Of a stretch of 33,308 nt of DNA, positions 24,783 to 33,308 are shown one piece after another. The notes below the pieces were generated by a model. It did not search any database. It worked only from the letters and a program-made list of their open reading frames with translations, and was not told the origin of the DNA. The DNA comes from Candidatus Limnocylindrales bacterium (GTDB lineage: Bacteria > Acidobacteriota > Terriglobia > Acidiferrales > UBA7541). The stretch covers positions 1 through 33,308 of the forward strand of contig DATLVJ010000201.1 in the NCBI GenBank assembly GCA_035577585.1, in the 5' to 3' direction. The stretch's first letter is position 1; every line of letters starts with the position of its first letter. Position numbers and translations under genes: made by a program.

Positions 24783-26846
24783 TCAGGGTTTGGCATCGGC
24801 AGCGGGAGTTTTCTGCGCGACACGGTGCTTGTTCTGGCTCAGCTTCTTCTCCACTTCGGCGACTTTATCTTCTTCAAGGTCCGCTGGCAAGGAGCGGTGC
24901 CATTCGTTCAGTGATTTTTCCCATTCGACCACGGCAAGCTCCGTGCGGCCCTGCTTCGCCAGCACATCGCCCAAATGTTCGCGAATGGTGGGATCGTGCG
25001 ATTCGCGTTCCACGGCCTTTCGGAGCGTGTGTTCGGCTTGATCGAGCTTGTTCTGCTTGTAATAGGCCCAGCCTAGGCTGTCGAGATAGGCGCCGTTGAA
25101 CGGCTCCTGGTCCAGGGCGCGCTGAATCAGGTCGCGGGCTTCGTCCAGCCGAATGCCGCGGTCCGCCAGCATGTAGCCGTAATAGTTCAGGACCATGGAG
25201 TTCTTCGGATTGACGTCGATGACTTTCTTGAACTGCTCCTCAGCTTTGTCGTACTGCTTCTGCCGCTCGAAGATGGCGCCCAGGATCAGCCACGCAAGTT
25301 CGTTGTCGGCGGGCTGCACGGCCAGGGATTCGGCCTTGCGCGCGGCGGTTTCGGCTTCCGTGAAGCGGTGGCTGCGCTCGTAAATCTGCGCGTAGCTCAA
25401 ATAGGTTTCGCGATCCCCAGTGCCGCCCTTCAGTCCGGCCTGGATAAGCTTGATCGCCTCATCGGGCTGCTGCGCTTCGCCGAGCATCATGGCCAAGCTG
25501 CTGCGGATGGAAGAATCGTCCGGATACTTGGCGATAGCTTCCTTGCCGGCTTGCAGAGCCTTCGGCAGGTCGCGGGCCTGGCGATAGGTGTCCATGATCA
25601 GCAGCCGGGCCCGGCGGTCTTCCTCGTCGCCGAGGCGCCCAAGTTCCTGGAACGTGTAGATGGCGGCCTGGTAGTTCTGCGTGTCTTTGTAGAGCATTCC
25701 CAGTTGCTGGTAGAGAATCGACAGCGAACGGCGCCGCGAAGGCAAAACTTTTGACTGCGCTTTTACGCCGGTGACGGCATCGGAGAGCACTCGAATGGCG
25801 TCCTCGAACCGGCCCTGCGATTCGTAAATCATCGCCTCGTTGTACATCACTTCCAGGCTGCCGGGAGCATACTGGCGCGCCTTGACGAGATTTTCCTCGG
25901 CTTTATCCAACTGGTGAAGTTCGCGATAAATTTGCGCGATGCGCAGATAGGTGTCCGCGTCGTCGGGCAGCATGTCGGAGAGTTTCTCGTAGGCGGTCAA
26001 CGCCTGGGGGTACTTCTCTTCGGAAAGAAGGGTTTGCGCCAGCCCGCGAAGATGGGTCAGTTCCGAAGGGTCCAGATCCACGGCCTTGCGGTAGGCCGCT
26101 TCAGCTTTCGGAAAATCGCGCGTTTGCGTGTACGCGTCGCCAAGGTGATCGTAGAGCGTGGCCGAGGGCGAACGCCCGATCATGCCATTCAGCAGAGAAA
26201 TCGCCTCTTCGGCTTTGTTCTGGTCGAGGAGCAGTTGCGTCAGTTGCTCGACCGCGGCGTCGTTCTCCGGATCGTCTTTCAACAAACCGCCCAGGACGCT
26301 TTCCGCCTTTTCCGGCTCATTGTGCAGGCGGTAGAGGCGCGCCAGCCAGATGGTGACTTCCTGGTCGGAAGGATCCAGTCGGTGAACGGCGTTATATTCC
26401 TGAATGGCCTTCACGATGGTTTCAGACTGGATGTTGGTGCCGTTGATGTCTCCAAGGCTGCGAAGATAGACCAGGGCCAGCAGCCGGTGCGTCGGCAGAT
26501 CGTCCGGATTGCGCTTCAGAACTTCGTTGGCTTCCGTCACCGCTTCGTGGACGCGCTGGGCCTTCCAATACATTTCCGCCAGGCGCTCGCCGATGATGGG
26601 CGACGTCGGATCGACCGCATAAGCCTTCTTGTAGGAATCGATCGCGCGGGTAGCGTATTCGCCCGCGCCGGTCTGTTCATACTGCTGCTCGAAAATGTGC
26701 CCCATGGTGAAGTTGAAATAGGCGTCGGCGCGAAGCGGATCCTTGCGAGTCGCGGTGGGCTGCGCGGGAGCGTCCGTCTGGGCAAGAGCAGGTAGCGCCG
26801 CCAGCGAGGCGCAGAAGAGAGGCAGAATCAGGCGATATGGCGTCAT
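24783..26846 (-). CDS. exported multi-TPR protein
   Basis: Signal peptide MTPYRLILPLFCASLAALPALA, many TPRs, and LNYYGYMLAD/YLDSLGWAYY/EHLGD motifs typical of the TPR gene found upstream of ispE. Confidence 0.9.
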   Translation of the reverse strand: MTPYRLILPLFCASLAALPALAQTDAPAQPTATRKDPLRADAYFNFTMGHIFEQQYEQTGAGEYATRAIDSYKKAYAVDPTSPIIGERLAEMYWKAQRVHEAVTEANEVLKRNPDDLPTHRLLALVYLRSLGDINGTNIQSETIVKAIQEYNAVHRLDPSDQEVTIWLARLYRLHNEPEKAESVLGGLLKDDPENDAAVEQLTQLLLDQNKAEEAISLLNGMIGRSPSATLYDHLGDAYTQTRDFPKAEAAYRKAVDLDPSELTHLRGLAQTLLSEEKYPQALTAYEKLSDMLPDDADTYLRIAQIYRELHQLDKAEENLVKARQYAPGSLEVMYNEAMIYESQGRFEDAIRVLSDAVTGVKAQSKVLPSRRRSLSILYQQLGMLYKDTQNYQAAIYTFQELGRLGDEEDRRARLLIMDTYRQARDLPKALQAGKEAIAKYPDDSSIRSSLAMMLGEAQQPDEAIKLIQAGLKGGTGDRETYLSYAQIYERSHRFTEAETAARKAESLAVQPADNELAWLILGAIFERQKQYDKAEEQFKKVIDVNPKNSMVLNYYGYMLADRGIRLDEARDLIQRALDQEPFNGAYLDSLGWAYYKQNKLDQAEHTLRKAVERESHDPTIREHLGDVLAKQGRTELAVVEWEKSLNEWHRSLPADLEEDKVAEVEKKLSQNKHRVAQKTPAADAKP

Positions 26847-26861
26847 AGAGTTCGTTTTTTC

Positions 26862-26890
26862 AGTATCCCATGCGACGGAAACGCGGTCAA
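26862..26890 (-). promoter_or_regulatory. putative sigma70 promoter of the TPR-ispE-prs operon
   Basis: TTGACC-17 nt-GATACT with a TG extension; supports the start at 26846. Confidence 0.55.
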
Positions 26891-26975
26891 AAGCGAAACG
26901 GGAGGGCGTTTCGAAGAATTTGGCGCACGTAAATAAGATGCGGAGGGGGAGGGGAGGGTTTCCGGGAAAAAGGGA

Positions 26976-27011
26976 TTGACCCGCTTCCGTATTTCTGCAA
27001 ATATCGAAATA
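26976..27011 (+). promoter_or_regulatory. ars promoter and putative ArsR operator
   Basis: TTGACC (26976-26981)-17 nt-AAATAT. Inverted repeat TATTTC-N10-GAAATA (26990-27011) overlaps the -10 and the start codon. Confidence 0.6.
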
Positions 27012-27355
27012 TGAAGAAGGCCGATCCACTCCTGGTCACCCGCTGCGCCGATCGCTTTTCCGCCATTGGCGCGGAACCGCGCCTCCAGATTGTGCGCTTG
27101 CTCCTCTCCGCCCACCCCACAGGGATGGTGGCGGGAGAGCTTCAGGAAGAGCTCGGGATTCCCGCGTCAACCTTGTCTCATCACCTGGAAAAATTGCGGC
27201 AGGTTGGGCTGCTGGATGTGCGGCGGGCCGGGACATTCCTGTGGTACACGGCGAACACGGACGCGCTGCGCGAAGTGCTTGGGTTCCTGTACGAGGAGTG
27301 CTGCACGCGGAATCGCGCGGTGTCGGCGGAAGATTTTGTGCAAATTTCGAAATAA
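27011..27355 (+). CDS. arsR: ArsR/SmtB family repressor
   Basis: PRLQIVRLL, STLSHHLEKL, C-terminal EECC As(III)-type site; heads the ars operon. Confidence 0.92.
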   Translation: MKKADPLLVTRCADRFSAIGAEPRLQIVRLLLSAHPTGMVAGELQEELGIPASTLSHHLEKLRQVGLLDVRRAGTFLWYTANTDALREVLGFLYEECCTRNRAVSAEDFVQISK

Positions 27356-27373
27356 TCAGGGAGAACAACGATC

Positions 27374-28222
27374 ATGAGCGAACCAAACATCCATGAAGTG
27401 GTCAAGGAAAAGTACGGAGCCGCGGCGAAACAGGTTGCCGAGGGGAAGACCGCTTGTTGCGGTGGCGGGGCTTCGTTGAGCGGGTGCGACCCGATCACTC
27501 GAAATCTTTATGGCGAAGCGGAAAAAGGCAGCTTGCCCGCGGAAGCGGTGGCTGCGTCGCTGGGCTGCGGGAATCCGACGGCACTGGCGAAATTGCAAGC
27601 GGGTGAAGTGGTGCTCGATCTCGGCTCCGGCGGCGGCATCGACGTCCTATTGTCGGCCCGGCGCGTTGGACCAACTGGCAAAGCGTATGGACTGGATATG
27701 ACGGACGAGATGTTGGCGTTGGCGCGGGAAAATCAGCGCAAGTCCGGCGTGCAGAATGTGGAGTTTCTGAAGGGCACGATCGAGAATATTCCCCTGCCCG
27801 ACAACACGGTGGACGTAATCATTTCGAATTGCGTGATCAATCTTTCGGGCGACAAGGACCGCGTGCTGCGCGAGGCGTTCCGCGTGTTGAAGCCGGGCGG
27901 GCGCCTGGCGGTTTCGGACGTGGTTCTGCGCGGCGAAGTGCCGGCGGAAATCCGCAAGAGCATGGAATTGTGGGTGGGTTGCATCGCGGGCGCGCTGCAG
28001 GAAACCGAGTATGTGGACAAGCTGAATGCGGCGGGATTCGCCAGCATCGAAGTGGAGCCGACACGCGTTTACCAGGTGGAAGAAGCGCGGGAATTTCTGC
28101 AAGCGGCCGGCTTCGACGCCGAAAAAGTTGGCCCGCTGGTCAAAGACAAGTTCATGAGCGCGTTTCTCCGAGCGACGAAGCCGGCTGCCAATTCTTGCTG
28201 CGGCCCGGCCTGCTGTAACTGA
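27374..28222 (+). CDS. arsM: arsenite S-adenosylmethionine methyltransferase
   Basis: [35 protein letters not shown]-terminal CC and C-terminal SCCGPACC. Confidence 0.93.
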   Translation: MSEPNIHEVVKEKYGAAAKQVAEGKTACCGGGASLSGCDPITRNLYGEAEKGSLPAEAVAASLGCGNPTALAKLQAGEVVLDLGSGGGIDVLLSARRVGPTGKAYGLDMTDEMLALARENQRKSGVQNVEFLKGTIENIPLPDNTVDVIISNCVINLSGDKDRVLREAFRVLKPGGRLAVSDVVLRGEVPAEIRKSMELWVGCIAGALQETEYVDKLNAAGFASIEVEPTRVYQVEEAREFLQAAGFDAEKVGPLVKDKFMSAFLRATKPAANSCCGPACCN

Positions 28223-28232
28223 AGTTTTCTTC

Positions 28233-28724
28233 ATGCAGAAGCGCTACAACGTTTTATTTCTTTGCACCGGCAATTCGGCTCGCTCGATCCTGGGCGAAGC
28301 GATTCTGAATCACCGCGGCCGCCCGAATTTTCAAGCTTTCAGTGCGGGCAGCCACCCTGCCGGCCGTGTCCATCCCTACGCCTTGAAGCAACTGGAATCG
28401 GCGGGGCTGCCGGTTGCGGGTTTGCGGAGCAAGAGTTGGGATGAGTTCGCGAAGCCCGGCGCCCCGCAAATGCATTTTGTATTCACGGTCTGCGATTCCG
28501 CTGCGGCGGAAGTCTGTCCGGTATTGCCGGGCCAACCGGTTACGGCGCATTGGGGAATCCCCGATCCCGCTGCTGTCGTGGGTTCACCGGACGAGATCGC
28601 CTGGGCCTTTCGTGACGCCTTCGTCACCATGGGACGCCGAATTGATCTCTTCTTGAGTTTGCCGATGGAAAAACTGGATACACTGGCTTTGAAGAAAGAA
28701 GTGGTGCGGATCGGCCGGCAGTAG
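28233..28724 (+). CDS. arsC: arsenate reductase, LMW-PTP fold
   Basis: FLCTGNSARS P-loop, FTVCD...EVCP, HWGIPDP. Confidence 0.9.
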   Translation: MQKRYNVLFLCTGNSARSILGEAILNHRGRPNFQAFSAGSHPAGRVHPYALKQLESAGLPVAGLRSKSWDEFAKPGAPQMHFVFTVCDSAAAEVCPVLPGQPVTAHWGIPDPAAVVGSPDEIAWAFRDAFVTMGRRIDLFLSLPMEKLDTLALKKEVVRIGRQ

Positions 28725-28813
28725 TAACTCTTTCTCTGTGTCCTCTGAGCTCTGCCTCGGAGTTCACTGTGTTAAAACTCTTCCTTCGTCTACTTTCTAG
28801 GTCGATCCCAGAA

Positions 28814-30385
28814 TTAGTGCAGAAAATGGCGCATGTTCGTGAAGACCATCGCCAGACCCAACCGGTCGGCTGTGGCGATCACTTCGGAGTCTTTCACCGA
28901 ACCGCCCGGCTGAATCACCGCGGTAGCGCCGGCATCAGCGGCCACTTCGACTCCGTCGGGAAACGGGAAAAAGGCGTCGGAGGCGACGGCACTTCCCTGC
29001 AGGGGATTCTGCGCTTTCATCACCGCGATTTTCACGGAATCGACGCGGCTCATCTGTCCCGCGCCCACGCCCAGCGTTGCGCGGTCTTTGGCGAAGACGA
29101 TAGCATTGGACTTCACATGCTTGCAGATTTTCCACGCAAATTTCAGGTCGGCGAGTTCCACTGCGGTCGGCTCGCGCTTGGTGACAACCTTCAACTCCTT
29201 GTCATTCAAATTCCCCAAGTCGGGCTGCTGGATCAGCATGCCGCCCAGAATTCGCTTCATCTGTAATTCCTTGTCGTGATCGAGCCCGCCCTGCGGAAGG
29301 AGGAGCAGCCGCAGATTTTTCTTGGCGGCAAAAATTTCCTGGGCGCGATCGGCAAAGCCCGGAGCGACGATGCACTCGACAAAAAGCTTGGCGACCTCCT
29401 CGGCGGTCAGCGCGTCCACGATGTGATTGAACGCCAGCACGCCGCCGAATGCGGAGACGGGGTCGCTGGCAAGCGCTTTGGTGTACGCATCCAGCAGGGT
29501 GGACTGCTCGGCGGCGCCGCAAGGATTGTTGTGCTTGATGATGACGGCCGCCGGACCCTCAAATTCGGCCACCAGGCTGCGCGCGGATTCCAGATCGACG
29601 TAGTTGTTGTACGAGAGTTCCTTGCCCTGCAGTTGCTTCGCCGCAGCCAACCCCGTGGCCGGGTGTCCCGCGGGAATGTAAAGCGCCGCGGCCTGGTGAG
29701 GATTTTCGCCGTAACGCAATTCCTGTTTGCGGCGCAGCGAAACATAAACGCGTTCGGTGAGCCCGCCCTTCTGCTGAACTTCCAGCTTATCGCCTTGCAG
29801 GGCCAGCCGCTCCAGATTCATGGTGATCACGCCGTCGTAGCGCGAGGTGAGGCCGAAGACCTTGCGCGCAAGGTCGAGTCGCGTGGAGAGCGAAGTCTCG
29901 CCCTTGGTTTCAAGTTCTTTGGCGATGCGCCCATAATCCGCGGGGTCGGTGACGACTGTCACGCTCTCAAAATTCTTCGCCGCCGAACGCAGCATCGTCG
30001 GACCGCCGATATCAATGTTCTCGATCAGTTCTTCGGGCGGGAGATACTCCTTCGCAGCTGTAGCTTCAAAGGGATAAAGATTCACCACCAACAGGTCAAT
30101 CGGCGTGATCCCATGCTCTTTCGCCTGCTTCAGGTCGTCAGGATTGTGGCGGCGGTAAAGCAGGCCTCCGTGCACCTTCGGGTGCAGCGTCTTCACGCGG
30201 CCGCCGAGCATTTCCGGCCAGTTGGTGAAGTCGGAGACATCCTTCACCGGCACGCCGGATTCGCGCAGCAGTTTCGATGTGCCGCCGGTCGAAAGAATTT
30301 CGATTTTCAGCGCCGCCAGCTTGCGGGCAAATTCCACGATACCGGTCTTGTCGAATACGCTGAGCAGCGCGCGCTCCACAGCCAT
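28814..30385 (-). CDS. purH: bifunctional AICAR transformylase/IMP cyclohydrolase
   Basis: ALLSVFDKTG, GRVKTLHP, ENIDIGGP, RYGENPHQ, KHVKSNAI, SDAFFPF, RHFLH. Confidence 0.98.
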   Translation of the reverse strand: MAVERALLSVFDKTGIVEFARKLAALKIEILSTGGTSKLLRESGVPVKDVSDFTNWPEMLGGRVKTLHPKVHGGLLYRRHNPDDLKQAKEHGITPIDLLVVNLYPFEATAAKEYLPPEELIENIDIGGPTMLRSAAKNFESVTVVTDPADYGRIAKELETKGETSLSTRLDLARKVFGLTSRYDGVITMNLERLALQGDKLEVQQKGGLTERVYVSLRRKQELRYGENPHQAAALYIPAGHPATGLAAAKQLQGKELSYNNYVDLESARSLVAEFEGPAAVIIKHNNPCGAAEQSTLLDAYTKALASDPVSAFGGVLAFNHIVDALTAEEVAKLFVECIVAPGFADRAQEIFAAKKNLRLLLLPQGGLDHDKELQMKRILGGMLIQQPDLGNLNDKELKVVTKREPTAVELADLKFAWKICKHVKSNAIVFAKDRATLGVGAGQMSRVDSVKIAVMKAQNPLQGSAVASDAFFPFPDGVEVAADAGATAVIQPGGSVKDSEVIATADRLGLAMVFTNMRHFLH

Positions 30386-30472
30386 GTCGCCTCCAGTGCG
30401 GTAAAGGACTTACCAGTTTACGCGGAGGCGCAAGAAACCGGAAACGCAGACCTGTGGGAAAGTATCCGTAAA

Positions 30473-30916
30473 TCACTTCATCCTTACGATAAACTCGTGA
30501 CCGCCTTTGCAATCGGGGTTAATTGGAGAAACGTCTATTGTGACCGACTCCGTTTTTCGTGGGAGCTCTTTGATTTCAACATCGAACAAATCACTCTCGT
30601 CTATCCTGAGCATATAATGGCCCAATGTGAGCGGCCCGAAGTCAAAACTCCCGTGATCATCTGTCTCGACGGTCTTTACAAGCAACGTCTCGTTCCACGG
30701 TTGACTGTACTTGTATAACGCCAACTTGGAATGTTTTCTTGCGAAGCTCTGCCTCAACCAGCGGGGAGCGAATGTGTGATGGCCATGCGTTCCTACGACT
30801 CGGCCTTTCAACGCAGTTATCTGATAAAAATACCCAGGGGCCAAAGTGCAAGCAGTTACATGCAACGCGAAAAGTAGAACCAACGACACTATGGCCAAAG
30901 TGAAACCGAGTCTCAT
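30473..30916 (-). CDS. exported protein (possible lipoprotein) with carboxypeptidase-regulatory/transthyretin-like domain
   Basis: Hydrophobic leader ending VTA-C, and TDDHGSFDFGPLTLGHYMLRI motif. Visibly more AT-rich than neighbours. Confidence 0.65.
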   Translation of the reverse strand: MRLGFTLAIVSLVLLFALHVTACTLAPGYFYQITALKGRVVGTHGHHTFAPRWLRQSFARKHSKLALYKYSQPWNETLLVKTVETDDHGSFDFGPLTLGHYMLRIDESDLFDVEIKELPRKTESVTIDVSPINPDCKGGHEFIVRMK

Positions 30917-30955
30917 TCCGGTAATCACACCTTCATCACTCTACCGCAAGCTGAC

Positions 30956-31555
30956 CTAGGACTTGACGAGGGCTTTGAGCTTCACCTGGCCGTCGACGGT
31001 TTCGACCACGTACTCCACTTCGTGGCAATTTTTCTGTTTCTGGAGATCTTGGGTCTTTTTGCGGACGAATTCGTTAAAGCCGGCCCGGGTCATCTTGCCC
31101 ATCTCTTCGCCGGCTTGCTGCTTGGCGCGGACGAAGGCTTCGTAGAGTTGTTCGACTTTATCGGCTTCCTTTTCCGGAGCGGTGCATACCACGCGAAAGA
31201 CCTTGGCGGCTTCGGTGGAAGCAGCCGCAGCGGCGGCTTTGGCTCGCTCGGCTTCGATGGCTTTGGCCGCGGCGCCAAAGTGCCGCTGCACTTTGCCTTC
31301 TTCGCGCTGCGCGAGGCGCTTGCGAAAGATGTCCTTATACTTCGCGTAAGTTTGGGCGAGATTGCCGAAGCGAAATCGCTGGCCGAACTTCATGTCGCCG
31401 CCGCGCTCGCCATAACGTTTGACGATCAGTTCAATGCGCCATTCGATTTCGGTCGGGGGACGCTTGCGGCCGCCACCGAAATACATGTCGTACTCGATCT
31501 TGAGCTGACGGATGTCGCGCTCGAGTGCCGAGAGATCCTCGTCAATGGTGGCCAT
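30956..31555 (-). CDS. conserved hypothetical protein (MXAN_5187 C-terminal domain-like)
   Basis: LKIEYDMYFGG.RKRPP, LYEAFVRAK, and C-terminal V.DGQVKLKA pattern recalled from that family. Confidence 0.7.
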   Translation of the reverse strand: MATIDEDLSALERDIRQLKIEYDMYFGGGRKRPPTEIEWRIELIVKRYGERGGDMKFGQRFRFGNLAQTYAKYKDIFRKRLAQREEGKVQRHFGAAAKAIEAERAKAAAAAASTEAAKVFRVVCTAPEKEADKVEQLYEAFVRAKQQAGEEMGKMTRAGFNEFVRKKTQDLQKQKNCHEVEYVVETVDGQVKLKALVKS

Positions 31556-31717
31556 GAGATGGAAATCCCCGAGAGTTCATCGTAGGTGCGTACCCGGCGG
31601 ACGTCAACCGCGGAGGGGCACGGCGATTCTCATGAAACAACGCCCGGAAGTGCCCGGACCTGCCCGTTCGAGCAGTTGGCAATTGCGGGCGATTCCCTGC
31701 TGTGCTCCAATGTCGGC

Positions 31718-33148
31718 ATGGCGGAAAAAGCAAAACCTGCGCCGGGCGCGGACCAGACCATGCTGCTGCGGCGACTGCCTTCGGTGGATGAATTGCTTCT
31801 CCGCCCGCTGGTGGTGGATTTGGGCAGGACTCTCGAACGTGGGTTCCTGGTGGAGACGATCCGTGGCGAGCTGGCACAACTGCGCAGAGAAATTGTTTCC
31901 GGAGCGCCGCAGGAAGAAGCCGGACTTGAGGCGGAAGCGGTCGAGCTGCGCGTGGTACAGAGCGTCGAGCGGGCCCTCGCGCCCTCGCTACGCGGGGTGA
32001 TCAATGCCTCCGGAGTGATCCTGCACACAAACCTGGGGCGGGCGCCGCTGCCGGCCGCAGTTTTGGAAGAATTTCGACTGAGCGCGACGCAGTATTCAAA
32101 TCTTGAGTACGACGTGGCCGCCGGCGCACGCGGCAAGCGCGACATACACACTTCGCGGCTAATCGAGCGCCTGACCGGCGCGGAAGCGGCGATCGTGGTG
32201 AACAACTGCGCGGCCGCCGTGCTGGTGACTCTGGCGGCGCTGGCACGCGGCGGCGAGGTGATCGTTTCCCGCGGCGAGCTGATCGAAATCGGCGTCGGTT
32301 TCCGCATTCCGGAAATCATGGAGCAAAGCTGCGCGGTGCTGCGCGAGGTGGGCACAACAAATCGCACGCGGATCGCCGACTATGAGAATGCGATCAGCGA
32401 AAAGACCTGCGTGATTTTGCGGGTACACCCTTCGAATTTCACGGTGTCGGGTTTTACAGAGAAGCCGGACGTTGCGGAACTGATTGCCTTGGGGCAGCGC
32501 GTGCGGCTTCCGGTGGTGGAGGACCTCGGCTCCGGCTGCCTGGTGGATCTTTCGCCGGTTGGAATCAGCGAGCCGACGGCGCGGGAAAGCGTTGAAGCGG
32601 GATTTTCCCTGGTACTCTTCAGCGGGGACAAGATGCTGGGCGGGCCGCAAGCGGGCATCATCGCAGGGAAGAAAGATCTGGTGCAAAAAGTGCGGCGGCA
32701 CCCGCTGTTCCGGGCTCTGCGCGTGGACAAGCTGACGATTGCGGCGATGGAAGCGACGCTGCGAGCTTATCTTCGCGGGGCGTGGAGTGAGATTCCTGCT
32801 CTGCGGATGATGCAGACGAGCCTGGAAGAAATTTCGCGGCGCTCGGATGCATTCTTCAAGGCCCTCTCGGCGAAAATTGCCCAGGCCGATGCCGAGATCG
32901 AAATCGCCGACGGGCGCTCGCTGGTCGGCGGAGGTTCAACACCCGCGCAATCGCTCCCGACGAAAGTGCTCCGAATCTCCAGTGCCCGTCATTCCGCCAG
33001 CGATTTGGAACTCCGGCTCCGATCAACCACAAGCCTGACGCCGGTAGTCGCGAGAATTGAAGACGACCGGCTGCTGATTGACCTGCGCACCGTTTTCCCC
33101 GAACAGGAGCCGCCTCTCGTGGAAGCGCTCATCCGCGCGCTAGACTAA
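31718..33148 (+). CDS. selA: L-seryl-tRNA(Sec) selenium transferase
   Basis: LRRLPSVD, INASGVILHTNLGRAPL, SRGELIEIG, EVGTTNRT, PLP-Lys FSGDKMLGGPQAG. Start at ATG 31718. Confidence 0.95.
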   Translation: MAEKAKPAPGADQTMLLRRLPSVDELLLRPLVVDLGRTLERGFLVETIRGELAQLRREIVSGAPQEEAGLEAEAVELRVVQSVERALAPSLRGVINASGVILHTNLGRAPLPAAVLEEFRLSATQYSNLEYDVAAGARGKRDIHTSRLIERLTGAEAAIVVNNCAAAVLVTLAALARGGEVIVSRGELIEIGVGFRIPEIMEQSCAVLREVGTTNRTRIADYENAISEKTCVILRVHPSNFTVSGFTEKPDVAELIALGQRVRLPVVEDLGSGCLVDLSPVGISEPTARESVEAGFSLVLFSGDKMLGGPQAGIIAGKKDLVQKVRRHPLFRALRVDKLTIAAMEATLRAYLRGAWSEIPALRMMQTSLEEISRRSDAFFKALSAKIAQADAEIEIADGRSLVGGGSTPAQSLPTKVLRISSARHSASDLELRLRSTTSLTPVVARIEDDRLLIDLRTVFPEQEPPLVEALIRALD

Positions 33149-33183
33149 ACCCGTCTGGCGTAATTTAAAAATCTTCCTAACTT

Positions 33184-33285
33184 TCGAACCTCAACCCCAT
33201 TCGAACCTCAACCACATTCGAATCTCAACCACTCTCGAACCCCAACCACAGTCGAACCTCAACCACTTTCGAACCTCAACCACAG
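33184..33285. repeat. 17-bp tandem repeat, 6 copies (TCGAACCTCAACCACnn)
   Basis: Copies start at 33184, 33201, 33218, 33235, 33252 and 33269. Confidence 0.95.
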
Positions 33286-33308
33286 TTGTCATCCTGAAGG
33301 CCGCGTCT

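Noticed and set aside
26847-27029. N-terminal extensions from the ORF track (TPR to 27029; also dnaB to 13684, selA from 31586, rlmB to 6100)
   Set aside because: They overlap promoters, repeats or arsR, while downstream ATGs match family N-termini and signal peptides.
28730-28776. CTCTGTGTCCTCTG...GTTAAA element between arsC and purH as a terminator
   Set aside because: Single degenerate copy with no convincing stem or U-tract. It may be another short repeat family but cannot be supported from this window.
30386-30472. ZMP/ZTP riboswitch before purH
   Set aside because: The spacer is short, with a -10-like TAAACT about 30 nt from the ATG, and no aptamer motif was recognised.
33184-33285. 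CRISPR array
   Set aside because: Units are 17 bp and directly adjacent with no unique spacers; no cas genes.

Overview
A 33.3 kb GC-rich bacterial chromosomal segment, most likely Acidobacteriota/Terriglobia. This taxonomy is inferred from the CadC-type wHTH-TPR regulator, the FG-GAP/Ig-repeat surface protein and the long-tailed S18; no search was run. The backbone is a mostly minus-strand housekeeping block: TPR protein-ispE-prs-rplY-pth-rpsF-rpsR-rplI ... dnaB ... alr-PIN/TRAM ... ispD-ispF-(stand-alone GluRS-type anticodon-binding domain)-rlmB, plus purH and selA. Accessory genes are interleaved. (i) At 1.8-5.1 kb, two secreted 6-Cys mini-proteins follow a membrane-anchored CxxC thioredoxin-fold protein and sit divergent from a membrane-bound wHTH-TPR regulator. 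(ii) Between rplI and dnaB lies a 1527-aa FG-GAP/Ig surface protein with a sigma54 promoter and an internal C-terminal lipobox, coupled to a small outer-membrane beta-barrel. (iii) There is also an arsR-arsM-arsC operon, a Rieske oxygenase, a GNAT and a GlcG/HbpS-like protein. About a dozen GTAG-type REP hairpins, inverted heptamer tracts and a 17-bp tandem repeat occur in spacers. No rRNA, tRNA, CRISPR array or transposase was recognised. The best candidates for an undescribed system are the Cys-rich mini-protein/oxidoreductase/regulator module and the 'split-Ig with internal lipobox' anchoring module.
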